64,000 nt of DNA from Eledone cirrhosa (Eukaryota): NCBI GenBank assembly GCA_964016885.1, contig OZ024742.1, positions 296,174,001-296,238,000 of the forward strand, written 5' to 3'. The position numbers and the translations under genes were made by a program. Position 1 is the first letter of the stretch. Each line of letters starts with the position of its first letter. Shown here in pieces: positions 1-14,268 of the stretch. The notes below the pieces were generated by a model, which searched no databases, was not told the DNA's origin, and worked only from the letters and a program-made list of their open reading frames with translations.

Positions 1-311
1 TGCGTCACTCATGTTATAAAGTAGAGATTGAAACCTTTTAAAAGTATTATAAAACAGACAAAACTTTCAAGTTCAACTTAAGAAATAGTAACTATGTAAA
101 CAGCACATTTTTACTTCTATGGTTCCTTTCCATTAGTCAGAAATGGTATAATTAATTTTACTTCACACTTTTACTTCTCTATAAGCAGACATGCTCATAA
201 GCAAAGTTCCTCAAGTTATATTCTTGCTGCATATGTAGGAATATTTCTGTTAGATAATTACATGCAGGTATGGCTGTATAGTTAATACTTTTCATAACAA
301 CATCTGGTTCT

Positions 312-511
312 NNNNNNNNNNNNNNNNNNNNNNNNNNNNNNNNNNNNNNNNNNNNNNNNNNNNNNNNNNNNNNNNNNNNNNNNNNNNNNNNNNNNNNNNN
401 NNNNNNNNNNNNNNNNNNNNNNNNNNNNNNNNNNNNNNNNNNNNNNNNNNNNNNNNNNNNNNNNNNNNNNNNNNNNNNNNNNNNNNNNNNNNNNNNNNNN
501 NNNNNNNNNNN
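312..511. other. Assembly gap (200 N)
   Basis: Run of N. Confidence 0.99.
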
Positions 512-648
512 TACCAACGCTTGATTGGGTCTACTCCACCCCTCCCCTCTTTCTCCTACTGGCAGGTTTAGCCACCATCTCCCCTACTAATTTGCAACCA
601 CAGAATTACTACTGATTTTTGACAATCACTTTGACCATATATGGAATT

Positions 649-742
649 ACCCCTTGAGAAGATCGGCTATTTAAATACCAGGATAAATGTTCATTTAGTC
701 CAGAATTAGCCGTCGAAACGGCTTGAGCTCAGCTGTCGGGGT
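649..742 (+). ncRNA. Type I hammerhead ribozyme, U3-A8 core variant, extended stem II
   Basis: Stem I ACCCC/GGGGT; core TTGAGAA; stem II GA(T)CGGCTA...TAGCCGTC; GAAA; stem III ACGGC-TTGAGCTCA-GCTGT; GUC site at 735-737. Confidence 0.8.
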
Positions 743-926
743 CTTACTGGTTCCTATTACCCACTCTACTACCTCAAGTATTGAGTACTTTGGTGCGTTA
801 TGGTCCACCTGGTTCCTTACCACATTTCCTTCGTTATCTAGCTCCTACTCCCGTAGTAGAGCACTTTCCGACCCTACCACGCCGTATCCAGACTTTTCCG
901 CTAAGCTCAATTCATTTCACCGCACC

Positions 927-3072
927 ATGCGAAAACACAACATTGACTTCTCTACCAAGAACATCCCAATCCCACCGAAAAAACTTTACCTTCGGATGCT
1001 CACGCAAAAAATTGATCTATTTGCGAAAAGACTTAGATTGAGAACTTTTTTCTATGACAGATATTGCGACAACCAAGACCTCGGCACCAAGGAGAGATTC
1101 GGATTTATTACCTACAAATCTCCGCCCCTGAACCCCTTGCTCGCACCCTTCGAGAATGACCTCTTCCAACTGGTCAAGAACATTAAATTTAAACCCAGAC
1201 ACAACCGATTCCTACAAAAACTCGTAGCAACTTAACAGAGTATGATAACACAAATGACATCATGGTGCATTCGGATAAAACTGGGAACCTATACTTTGTC
1301 AACCCTGACAGATACCACACACTGATACACGAGCAGCCTAAACTCCACTATAAAAGGCCAACCACTCTGCATCGAGGACATAAATCGAGATGGACAACAA
1401 ATCACCTCCAGCCTCGGGTCGCCGACCGCACGGAACCTCTAGACCCACGGACACCATACTTCACACTGAAGGACCATAAACCCGATTTTGACCGTAAACC
1501 CTCCATCAGGCTTATTAACCCAACGAAGTCCGACATAGGGAGAATCAGCAAAATAATCCTAGACCGCGTGATACAAAAGTCAAGCAACACACCCGACTTA
1601 GCCTATGGATCAACACCCAGGAAGTAATCTCCTGGTTCAGCAATATGGAGGATAAACGAGAAACTAAATTCATACAGTTCGACATAGAGAGCTACTATGC
1701 TTCAATCACCTTACCGCTACTTACTGCCGCCTTGGACTTCGCCGAAACACTCGTGCCATCACCGACCAGGAAAGAAAAATCATCCTCCACGCCAGGAAGA
1801 CAGTCTTACTCTTTGACGACTCTAAATGGATAAAAAGAGCTCCCGACTCACCCTTCGACGTCAGCATGGGCGCCACGGATTCGCGGAGGTCACTGATCTT
1901 ATAGGATTATTCCTAATAGCCAAACTCACTGATATGTTTCCTGCATTCGGTGTGGATTGTACCGTGATGATGGGCTCCTTACCCTTAAAGGGTACAACCC
2001 CAGTAGTACAGATCGGGTCCGGAAACAATTAATCAGATTCTTCCGCGACTGGGGATTTAAAATAACCCTACAAACGTCCCTGACCCGAGTAAACTTCATG
2101 GACGTAACCCTCGACCTCGAAAACGACCTGTACTACCCATACAGGAAACCTAATGACAATCTGCACTACATCCACCGCCGATCAAACCATCCTAGGAACA
2201 TCACAAACAACCTGGTCAAAAACATCTCCCTCCGCATATCCCGTTTGTCAGCTAATGAGCGGATATTCCGATGAACATGCGCCTTATTACAACCAGGCCC
2301 TCAAGCGGAGTGGTTTCCGGGAGGAAATATCCTACTGTCCAGATCCCATTAGCGGAACCAGCAGGAGACACCGCCGCTCACGCAATGTAACATGGTTCAA
2401 TCCTCCCCACAACGCAGAGGTGACTACTCCCATCGGGAAACAATTCTTTAGGCTCATTGAAAAACACTTCCCATTACAACACCGCTACCACAACATAATT
2501 AACAAAAATACCATCAAACTCTCTTACAGCACTACACCAAACTTCGCACAAAACATCGTCTCCTCTAACAACAAAAAACTCAACCCCGATGGCAGAAATA
2601 ACCTAAATAGCAGTGGAGGACGACCAGGAGGTGTAACTGCCCGGATAGATCTATTTGCCCACTCGACAATAGATGCAGAGACCGTAATGTGATCTACCAG
2701 TGCAACGTGAGGACGGATACCTCCAACAAAGCCTATATAGGACTTACCGCATGTGACTTCAAGACCCGGCTATACCAACATAGAAATACCTTCCGAAACC
2801 CGGCCCGGCGTCACGCCACTACACTTTCGGGCCACATATGGGACCTCAAGGACAACAACATCACCTATGATCTCACTTGGAGATTACTGTCCAGAGCCAA
2901 TTCTTACACGGGAGGACGCCGTCCGTGCAATTTATGCTCGGAGGAAACTTTACAAATGCTGTTTTCGACGGACCAACTCCTAAACAAGAAAGATGAACTG
3001 GTTACTGCATGTAAACATAGATTGCGTAGGACTTACCTCGCCCTCAAACCCCATAATGACCCGGGGGGGTAG
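927..3072 (+). pseudogene. PLE RT-ZnF-GIY-YIG polyprotein, multiply frameshifted
   Basis: Motifs across frames: FSTKNIPIP, SDKTGNLY, TLKDHK..RLINP.KS.IG, FIQFDIESYY, YRDDGL, NFMDVTLDL, SNHP, WFNPP, CNC.....CPL...C, IYQC..AYIG, CNLC, CKH. Confidence 0.9.
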
Positions 3073-4170
3073 ACTAGGGCTATAACACCCCAGTTGCCGA
3101 TTTTGCAATGGGTAACCCCTGCTTGCCAAGGAAGACGTATGATCTTCTTTGTATTCTTTTATCGCTTCCTTTATTTCCTTCCCCCCTCTCTCCTTTGTCC
3201 TTCTACCCAGCTCTTCTCCTTTGTCGGCGTCTTTTCTCGCCCACCCGAGGCTGCCCTTTGGCCCCATGTAGCCTTAGTACCCCCACTCCCCCCTCCCCTA
3301 GTCTTTGATAGATTTGGCGGACTCCGCCCTTTATAGCAGTTGGCTTAGACCCCGGATACTTGCCCCCTTTTTCCCACTATTCTCTGTGCCCTCTATATTT
3401 CTTAGTGGCACTTATGCCTTATTTTTTCGTTTCAGTATTTCTTGCTTCGCTTTTCTTCTGGGCGGGGTGGATTCTGAATTTATTTCTCCGTATTCTACCT
3501 TTACTTCGTACGAACTTTCATGTAGCTTGTTTTAGATCTTTTAGAGTTAGCATTAGTATATATTTTTCTCGGGACTCAGAATTATTATGTCGTACAAGTT
3601 CACTTTGCTGCACTGGGTCGTTGCTGGCCCGGGATGGAAACCTTTATTGTTTATTTCGTGGTAGTCTCTTTAGTATTTTGGCCCCTTTTGTTGACCAGTC
3701 ACCGTATCATTTACGTACTTATACCTCTTAAAAGGGTCCTTGCCTAATTCGTCCCACCTAGTTCTTTTACTTATTTCCTTATTTATTTATTTATTTATTT
3801 ATTTACTTCTTTCTTTCTTTCTTTATTTTATTCTCGCCTAACAATAGCCTGACACCTAGGTCGTAGAATTTAATTTACTTTACTTTTTTCTTTACACTTA
3901 TTTGCTTTTCTTCACTCTCAGTATTTTTTCTTTCCTATTTCTACCCCCCATTGTTCTACCTACCGTTCCGACTTCCTCCCCCTCCCCCTCCCCTGTATCT
4001 TCTTTGACCTCATGACCAGCTGTAGCTGGCACTACCAACGCTTGATTGGGTCTACTCCACCCCCTCCCCTCTTTCTCCTACTGGCAGGTTTAGCCACCAT
4101 CTCCCCTACTAATTTGCAATCACAGAATTACTACTGATTTTTGACAATCACTTTGACCATATATGGAATT

Positions 4171-4264
4171 ACCCCTTGAGAAGATCGGCTATTTAAATAC
4201 CAGGATAAATGTTCATTTAGTCCAGAATTAGCCGTCGAAACGGCTTGAGCTCAGCTGTCGGGGT
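4171..4264 (+). ncRNA. Type I hammerhead ribozyme (copy of 649-742 in the 3' pLTR)
   Basis: Identical to 649-742. Confidence 0.8.
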
Positions 4265-4356
4265 CTTACTGGTTCCTATTACCCACTCTACTACCTCAAG
4301 TATTGAGTACTTTGGTGCGTTATGGTCCACCTGGTTCCTTACCACATTTCCTTCGT

Positions 4357-5473
<1,117 letters not shown>

Positions 5474-6596
5474 GGGGCCCTCTCGAGGGAAACACCGATG
5501 ACAAGTGGGGTGCCTCAGGGGACAGTCCTGGGACCACTACTGTTTTTGGTGGCTCTCTCGGACATGCCCTCTGTGGTGCATGCAACAACATCCCTCACTA
5601 GCTATGCTGATGACACTAAGGTAGCACAGGCAATCAAAAACCCGGCTGACGCTACCCTCTTACAGCAGGATCTGGATGCCATATACAGATGGGCGGAAGA
5701 AAACAACATGCAGTTTAATGCTGGCAAATTCCAAGCCCTACAATACAAACCTGCAAACACAAACACAAATATAGCGGAACACAGCTACACAGGACCAGGA
5801 GGGACCGATATCCCCGTGTCAAAATCGATACGAGACCTGGGCATAGACATGAGCGATGATGCATCTTTTTCTTCACACATCATGAAGGTGGCGACAGCAT
5901 GTAGACGATTTGCTGGCTGGATCTTGAGGACTTTCCTTACAAGAGATCGAGACACCATGTTGACACTGTGGAGGACTTTTGTCCTAAGCCGCCTGGACTA
6001 CTGCTCCCAGCTGTGGTCACCCCATAGTGTCAAACTAACCACAGAGCTTGAGGCAATCCAGCGAAGCTACACCAAGAGGATTGCCAAGATGAGGGAGACA
6101 AGCTACTGGGAGAGGCTGAGGGAACTGAACCTCTACTCCTTGGAGCGAAGACGGGAGAGATACGCAGTGATCTACATGTGGAAAATCCTGGAGGGACTAG
6201 CACCAAATTTTGGCATTGGGAGCTGGACCAACCGTCGAACAGGACGTCACTGTGTGGTGCCAAAGGTCCCGTCTTCCACATCTAGAATAAGGAGCAGGTA
6301 TTGCAATAGCCTGGGATTCAAGGGCCCTCAACTCTTCAACAGGCTGCCGAGGCATCTGCGAGACTTGCACGACGTGGAGGTGGATGTCTTTAAGAAACAT
6401 CTCGACACCTTGTTATCCAGGATCCCGGATGAGCCCACAGCAAGACACGAGGGAAACCTAAGGGCAGCAGCAACAAACTCCCTCCTACACCAGTGGCCAA
6501 CCTATACAGGCTGGAGATAAAATGTGTAGCAACAAGGGCTGTGCCCCAGCATGGCCTCAGCCGGATGGCTGAAACAGGTAAAAGAGTAAAAGAGTA
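5474..6596 (+). mobile_element. 5'-truncated CR1/L2-group LINE (RT C-terminal half plus 3' UTR)
   Basis: [56 protein letters not shown]; stop at 6520; 3' stem-loop and short tandem tail (GTAAAAGA)n. The clade assignment is approximate. Confidence 0.88.
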
Positions 6597-6647
6597 TATA
6601 TATATACGTATATATATATATATATATATATAGATATATATATATAC

Positions 6648-6842
<195 letters not shown>

Positions 6843-6894
6843 TCTATATATATATACATATATCTATATATATATATACATATATATATATATA

Positions 6895-8088
6895 CGGAGG
6901 AGGTTATAGTTTACTTGAAGCATTGTGTAATGAGGTATAAACGTTTGAATATGTATAATAAAGCCAAAACAATGCAGGTATGGACATAGAAAAAAGAAGG
7001 CAATTGCAAAAGATATTGTTGACAATTTGTCTTTTACCTTAGATTTATTTAAATGTCCTTAATTTTCGAGATAACATCTCTTCTTCAGATGGAAATAAAG
7101 GTCTCAAACCAGCGTTGTAACTAGCTTGCCAAGCCATGCTGACAGGAAATAGTATAGAGTATCTGTTCTATCTCTAATGTCAAAGAGTTAAAATTAGGTG
7201 GATAAAGAGTAGTCTCCCTTTAAAAGGGGTTTGTTTATTTATTTTTTAATTTTTTAATATATACATGCCTGTTTAAGTGTGTGGGAGAATGCATGAAGGT
7301 GTAAGTATGTGAGTGTGTGAGTGTGAGAAGATAAGTCTATTCGTAAATGTGGGGGATAGGTGTTATCTGGTGTTAGAACTGGTTTAAGAAACACCTAGTT
7401 AAATGCAAAAACACCGACAAAACCATAACAGTTAGGATAGAAACTAAGGAAAGAAACCTCGGTAATCTTAGAATTAAGGAAGCACTAATTATAGATAAAA
7501 CACAACCACCAATCAATAATATACTAGAACTCAACACCCAATTTATAACCTGATAGGGCTTCTAGCCTCATATTTACCCCCCCCCCCCCTCCACACACGC
7601 TTACACCTCCACTTATTCTCTCTCACACATACACACACAAAGCCAGTTCTAACACTAGATAACACCTATCCCCCACATTTACGAATAGACTTATCTTCTC
7701 ACACTCACACATACACACTCACATACCTACAACTTCATGCATTCTCCCACACGCTTAAACAGGCATGTATATATATATAAAAAAAAAAAAATCAAACCCC
7801 TTTTTAAGGGAGACTACTCTTTATCCACCTAATTTTAACTCCTTGACATTAGAGATAGAACAGATACTCTATACTATTTCCTGTCAGCATGGCTTGGCAA
7901 GCTAGTTACAACGCTGGTTTGAGACCTTTATTTTCCTCTGAAGAAGAGATATTATCTCGAAAATTAGGGACATTTAAATAAATCTAAGGTAAAGGACGAA
8001 TTGTCAACAATATCTTTTGCAATTGCATTCTTTTTCTATGTCCATACCTGCATTGTTTTGGCTTTATTATACATATTCAAAAGTTTAT
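6895..8088. mobile_element. Truncated PLE with inverted pLTR
   Basis: Inverted arms at about 6936-7383 and 7641-8088. The spacer 7383-7553 (+) encodes FKKHLVKC...LRIKEALIIDKTQPPINN*, a GIY-YIG C-terminus. Hammerhead motifs occur in both arms. Confidence 0.8.
7934..7970 (+). ncRNA. Minimal type I hammerhead (inverted copy at 7056-7093, minus strand)
   Basis: TCCT CTGAAGA A GAGAT-ATT-ATCTC GAA AATT A GGGA; 4-nt palindromic stem III. Confidence 0.6.
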
Positions 8089-8089
8089 A

Positions 8090-8123
<34 letters not shown>

Positions 8124-8350
8124 CATATATACATATATATACATATATATACATATATATATATATATACATATATACATATACATATATATATATACAT
8201 ATACATATATACATATACATATATACATATATATACATATACATATATACATGTATATATACATATACATATATATATACATATACATATATACATATAT
8301 ATATACATACATATATACATATATATATACATACATATATATATATATAC

Positions 8351-8397
<47 letters not shown>

Positions 8398-8612
8398 CAT
8401 ATATATACATACATATATATATATACATATATATATATACATATATATATATACATATATATACATACATATATATATATACATATATATACATACATAT
8501 ATATATATACATATATATACATACATATATATATATACATATATATACATACATATATATATATATACATATATATACATACATATATATATATATACAT
8601 ATGTATACATAC

Positions 8613-8693
<81 letters not shown>

Positions 8694-8870
8694 CATATAT
8701 ATACATATACATATATATACATACATATATATATATATATATACATATATATACATACATATATATATATACATATATATACATACATATATATATATAT
8801 ACATATATATACATACATATATATATATACATATATATATATACATATATATACATACATATATATATAC

Positions 8871-8909
<39 letters not shown>

Positions 8910-8910
8910 C

Positions 8911-8950
<40 letters not shown>

Positions 8951-9000
8951 ATACATATATATATATACATATATATACATACATATATATATACATATAT

Positions 9001-9610
9001 ATGGTGGCTGCCAACTCGTTTTCGAGTACGGCCACTACTTTATATCCTTGTAGGAGAACCCCTACCGATGCGCTGAACGAGTGTGACTTTTTAGTCTAGC
9101 CAGCGACTTGAAAACTCTGGTACAAACACTACACTTGTGACAAATATTGACACATAGTGCTGGGCCCATGATACCATGTGATGACAAGTACAGAGAGATC
9201 TCCAGATATAAAGCAATGCCTGTGCCGTGAAGCTTTTATAGTGAGCAAAGGCACTGCACAAAGCCAGTCCCAGTCTCTTAACCAAGATGATATTTACCAA
9301 AAAGAAGAACAAGTCAACATCATTGGATACCATCAGAGTTGCAGGTGTTATATCAGAGTTTTCCTTCTCCTAGAATTCTGCCTTGACAAAGGCTAAGGGG
9401 TCATCTCTCCCAGTGATTTTGGATGGCCACTGACTCTTAAGAGCTCCTTTGCCCGTTGACAGGTTTTGTTTTTAGTTCTGCAGGATGTCCAAAGTCACCC
9501 TCCTCACCAAGAAACCTTGGGAGTTGCCAGTTTAGTCGCCAACGACCCGTCCATGAGACAGGTTGTACTGGGATACATGTTACCAGTAGCACCAACTGGT
9601 GACCTGACAT
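9001..9610 (-). mobile_element. Internally deleted (bipartite) RTE-type non-autonomous retroelement
   Basis: Minus strand 9142-9062 encodes [26 protein letters not shown] (C2H2, as at the end of RTE ORFs), followed by the stem-loop CTCG-AAAA-CGAG. The 5' part has RTE-5'UTR-like motifs (GGCGACTAA; CTAGGAGAAGGAAAACTCTGA). Confidence 0.6.
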
Positions 9611-9683
9611 ATAAACATACATATATACATACACACATACATAATACTTACATACACACACACACACATACATATATATATAT

Positions 9684-11941
9684 AGCGATCAGTCATGATC
9701 TTGCACATGTCGACTGGTCCTTCACGCACACTCATACACCCACTAACATCAAAAAGTCCTGGCAGACATTTGTGGACACTGTTACAAACATATGTGCTAA
9801 ACACACCCCATTAAGAACTATAAACAAATCTAAGAGCAGAATCCCTAGAAATAGAAAAACGCTCATCAGAAAAATTAAGAGAACGAACAAAAAAATCAAC
9901 AAGCTGAAATACCGTCAGCAGCAACACATCAACTTGACTGCCATTTCATCACTAGAGATTAAAAAACATAACCTCCAAAACAACATAATGTCCCTCATCA
10001 ACAATCAGAGAAGAGCTGAAGAGGCCTGGGCCATTGAGAAGATCAAACTCAATCCCAAAGTGTTCTTTTCATTTGCAAAAAAACATAAAATCACTGGCTC
10101 TACTGTTGGCCCTCTAATTGATGAAAATGGCACTCTTCAAGACAATGCTAAAACCATGGGTGAGATACTGCAGAAACAATACTGCTCTGTTTTCAGCAAT
10201 CCTGATATGGCCGATCTGGGCTGTATCGGCGATGTTACTCCCCATTACACCTTATCGGACATAACGTTTGGCGCCCCTGATGTCTTGGCGGCAATAAAGG
10301 AAATCAAGCATAATTCAGCAGTAGGTCCCGATAGGTTCCCTGCTTGTGTCTTGAAGGCGTGTCAACACCAACTTGCATCTCCTCTTGCCAATCTGTGGCG
10401 GAACTCACTGGATGCTGGATATGTGCCAGAAAACCTTCTATCCCAGTCTGTTGTCCCAGTTTTCAAAAAGGGAAACAAATCCCTTGCCGTGAATTACCGT
10501 CCAATCTCACTCACCTCTCATATCATTAAGGTATTTGAGAGAGTGGTGAGATCGCGAATGACCCACTTCCTTGAGAGTAACAATATGCTGAACTCCAACC
10601 AGCATGGATTCCGTAATGGAAGGGATTGCCTGACGCAGCTACTGCATCACTTTGATGACATTTTGAGAGCCTTGGGAGAGGGTTCCAACACTGATGTTAT
10701 CTACCTTGATTTCAGCAAGGCCTTTGTCAGGGTTGTCTCATAACATTCTACTGAGAAAGCTGTCCAATATTGGTGTCACTGGAAAGCTGCTGCAGTGGAT
10801 CAAGAGCTTCCTGTCAAACAGAACCCAACATGTTGTAGTTGAGGGAGTCAAATCCAGCCCAGCCAAAGTCAGTAGTGGGGTCCCACAAGGCACTGTGTTG
10901 GGCCCACTTCTCTTCATCATCTATATTAATGACATCACTGACATCATAAAACACAGCAACATTAAAATTTTCGCTGATGATTCCAAGCACCAAAAGGTCA
11001 TCAATGGCGTGGATGACCGGATAAGCCTTCAGTCAGACCTACTGGCTGCTACCCAAAGGGCGGAAAAGAACAACATGTTACTGAACGAAGACAAATTCGA
11101 ACTGATCCACTTTGGAAAAGAGGATGCTCTGAAACTCCCGTACTCCCTTCTCTCCGGGGAAACTCTCGTGGCATCAAACAACATCAGAGACTTGGGAGTA
11201 ACCGTGGACAGCAAGATAAGCTGGACCACGCATATAAGCAGCAAAGTTGACATGGCCCGCAGAATGTGTTCCTGGATCGTCAGAACCTTCCAGTCGAGAG
11301 ATTCCCGCACCATTATCCTTCTCTTCTCTACTTTTGCCCGACCACACCTTGAATACTGTTGTCCACTGTGGTCTCCCCACACGAAACAAAGTATCATGAA
11401 ACTTGAAGCTCCTCAAAGGGCAATCACGAAAAAGATAGATGGCATGTCAGACCTTGACTACTGGGGTCGATTAGAAAACCTGAAACTTTACTCACTCCAA
11501 CGTCGCCGTGAGCGTTATATTATCTGCATGATGTGGAAAATGTTCCATCATCACTGCCCAAATGATGTTGGCATCGCCTTCAAGATACACCCAAGGCTTG
11601 GGCCCCGTGCTATCCGTCCCATTCAAAAATCTAAATCGCAACTCATAACAACAATACGGCACAATTATTTCACCTCAATCGGCCCTGCTCTCTTCAACAT
11701 CACACCAGGACACGTCAAAACAGAAACTGACCACACAAAATTCAAGAAGTCTTTGGACAAATTCCTCCAAGTAATCCCGGACAAACCACCCACACCCGGA
11801 TATGTCTCCGCAAACAGTAATTCTCTTCTCGAATGGGCCATGGTGCCCAAATCCTGAATTGAAAGACTTCGCCAGGTGGTGCTATTAAGTTAGACATGGC
11901 CTGGGCCAATACTGGCCAAAACATTTCAAAGTTATTCAAAG

Positions 11942-11945
<4 letters not shown>
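9684..11945 (+). mobile_element. 5'-truncated CR1/L2-group LINE, RT with one frameshift near 10735
   Basis: [75 protein letters not shown]; stop at 11857; 3' stem-loop and TTCAAAGTT repeat tail. Confidence 0.92.
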
Positions 11946-12006
<61 letters not shown>

Positions 12007-12011
12007 TTTAT

Positions 12012-12049
<38 letters not shown>

Positions 12050-12066
12050 ATATATATGTATATATG

Positions 12067-12351
<285 letters not shown>

Positions 12352-12354
12352 GTG

Positions 12355-12479
<125 letters not shown>

Positions 12480-12481
12480 GT

Positions 12482-12745
12482 AAAATACGTATTTAAGAAA
12501 GCCACGACAATGCAGAGGGAAATCTCGAGGTAGGAAGTGAAAGATAGATAGGAAAAACAGGTGAAAGTGAAAATTGAGAGAGACAAAGATGAGAACAAAA
12601 CAAAGGTAGAAGGGTTACCGTAGTAGAGATTTAATCCCAATATTTCGGGCTCACGCCCATCAACGGGGTAAAGTTCCAAAAGGGGGGGGGGGGGAACAGG
12701 CCAAGCGGAGAAAGTTGTGATGTCGTTAAGACAGGAATGCCGTTA
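12482..12745 (-). mobile_element. Solo PLE pLTR-like fragment with variant hammerhead motif (12630-12672)
   Basis: Minus strand reads TTTACC CCGTTGAT GGGC-GTGA-GCCC GAA ATAT T GGGATTAAA; flanked by (TA)n; related to 42196-42590. Confidence 0.5.
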
Positions 12746-12751
12746 TATATG

Positions 12752-13217
<466 letters not shown>

Positions 13218-13236
13218 ATATATATAAATATATATA

Positions 13237-13481
<245 letters not shown>

Positions 13482-13583
13482 GTGTATATATATATATATA
13501 TGTATATATAAATATATATATATGTGTATATATATATATATATATAGATGTGAGAAAAACCACAGACCCTCCATCTCAACTCA

Positions 13584-13621
13584 CCTTTTGAAAAGCAGAA
13601 GAACTGCGAAACCGGTAAAGG
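13584..13621 (+). ncRNA. Minimal type I hammerhead, U3-A8 variant, in a solo pLTR (13548-13760)
   Basis: CCTT TTGAAAA GCAG-AAGAA-CTGC GAA ACCGGT A AAGG; all stems pair perfectly; GUA site at 13615-13617. Confidence 0.82.
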
Positions 13622-13753
13622 AACCAAATAAATATATATATTTAAAAAAAAAAATAAGACTTCAGTTGCATTTTCGATTTCATCCCTTTTTCTTTATACT
13701 TCCACTCGTGTAGGACACCTCTGTTATTTTTCATTTTGTAAAAAAAACCTCAC

Positions 13754-13831
<78 letters not shown>

Positions 13832-13877
13832 GTATATATATATATACGTATACATATATATATATATATATATATAA

Positions 13878-13948
<71 letters not shown>

Positions 13949-13949
13949 A

Positions 13950-14007
<58 letters not shown>

Positions 14008-14022
14008 GTATATATATATATG

Positions 14023-14129
<107 letters not shown>

Positions 14130-14130
14130 G

Positions 14131-14183
<53 letters not shown>

Positions 14184-14185
<2 letters not shown>

Positions 14186-14230
14186 TGTTATACTTTGGGA
14201 GGGTCATGTTGCCAATAATTCAGAAACGAA

Positions 14231-14231
<1 letters not shown>
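14184..14231. mobile_element. 48-bp minimal inverted PLE insertion (Neptune/Nematis-like family)
   Basis: TATTGTTATACTTTGGGAGGGTCATGTTGCCAATA (the short end, as at 56543) is fused to ATTCAGAAACGAAAT (the long end, as at 59186-59200), within (TA)n. Confidence 0.75.

Positions 14232-14263
<32 letters not shown>

Positions 14264-14268
<5 letters not shown>

Larger units (their letters stand above)
512..4358 (+). mobile_element. Near full-length Penelope-like element (Naiad-like) with direct pseudo-LTRs
   Basis: Near-identical direct repeats at 512-837 and 4033-4358 (left one cut by the gap) flank RT and GIY-YIG coding fragments. There is a hammerhead in each repeat, and the 3' end runs into (TA)n. 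Confidence 0.93.

Noticed and set aside
179-311. Possible host exon before the gap
   Set aside because: Short, no recognisable motif, and the ORF length is inflated by Ns.
723-926. Repeated peptide [14 protein letters not shown]... (also at 4245 and 56413) as a conserved small protein
   Set aside because: It is the pLTR/hammerhead read from a TTG; the likely PLE start is the ATG at 927.
2631-2703. Selenocysteine-encoding Naiad (in-frame TGA at zinc-finger Cys)
   Set aside because: All three Naiad-like zinc fingers (here, ~24140-24185 and ~35515-35565) use ordinary Cys codons.
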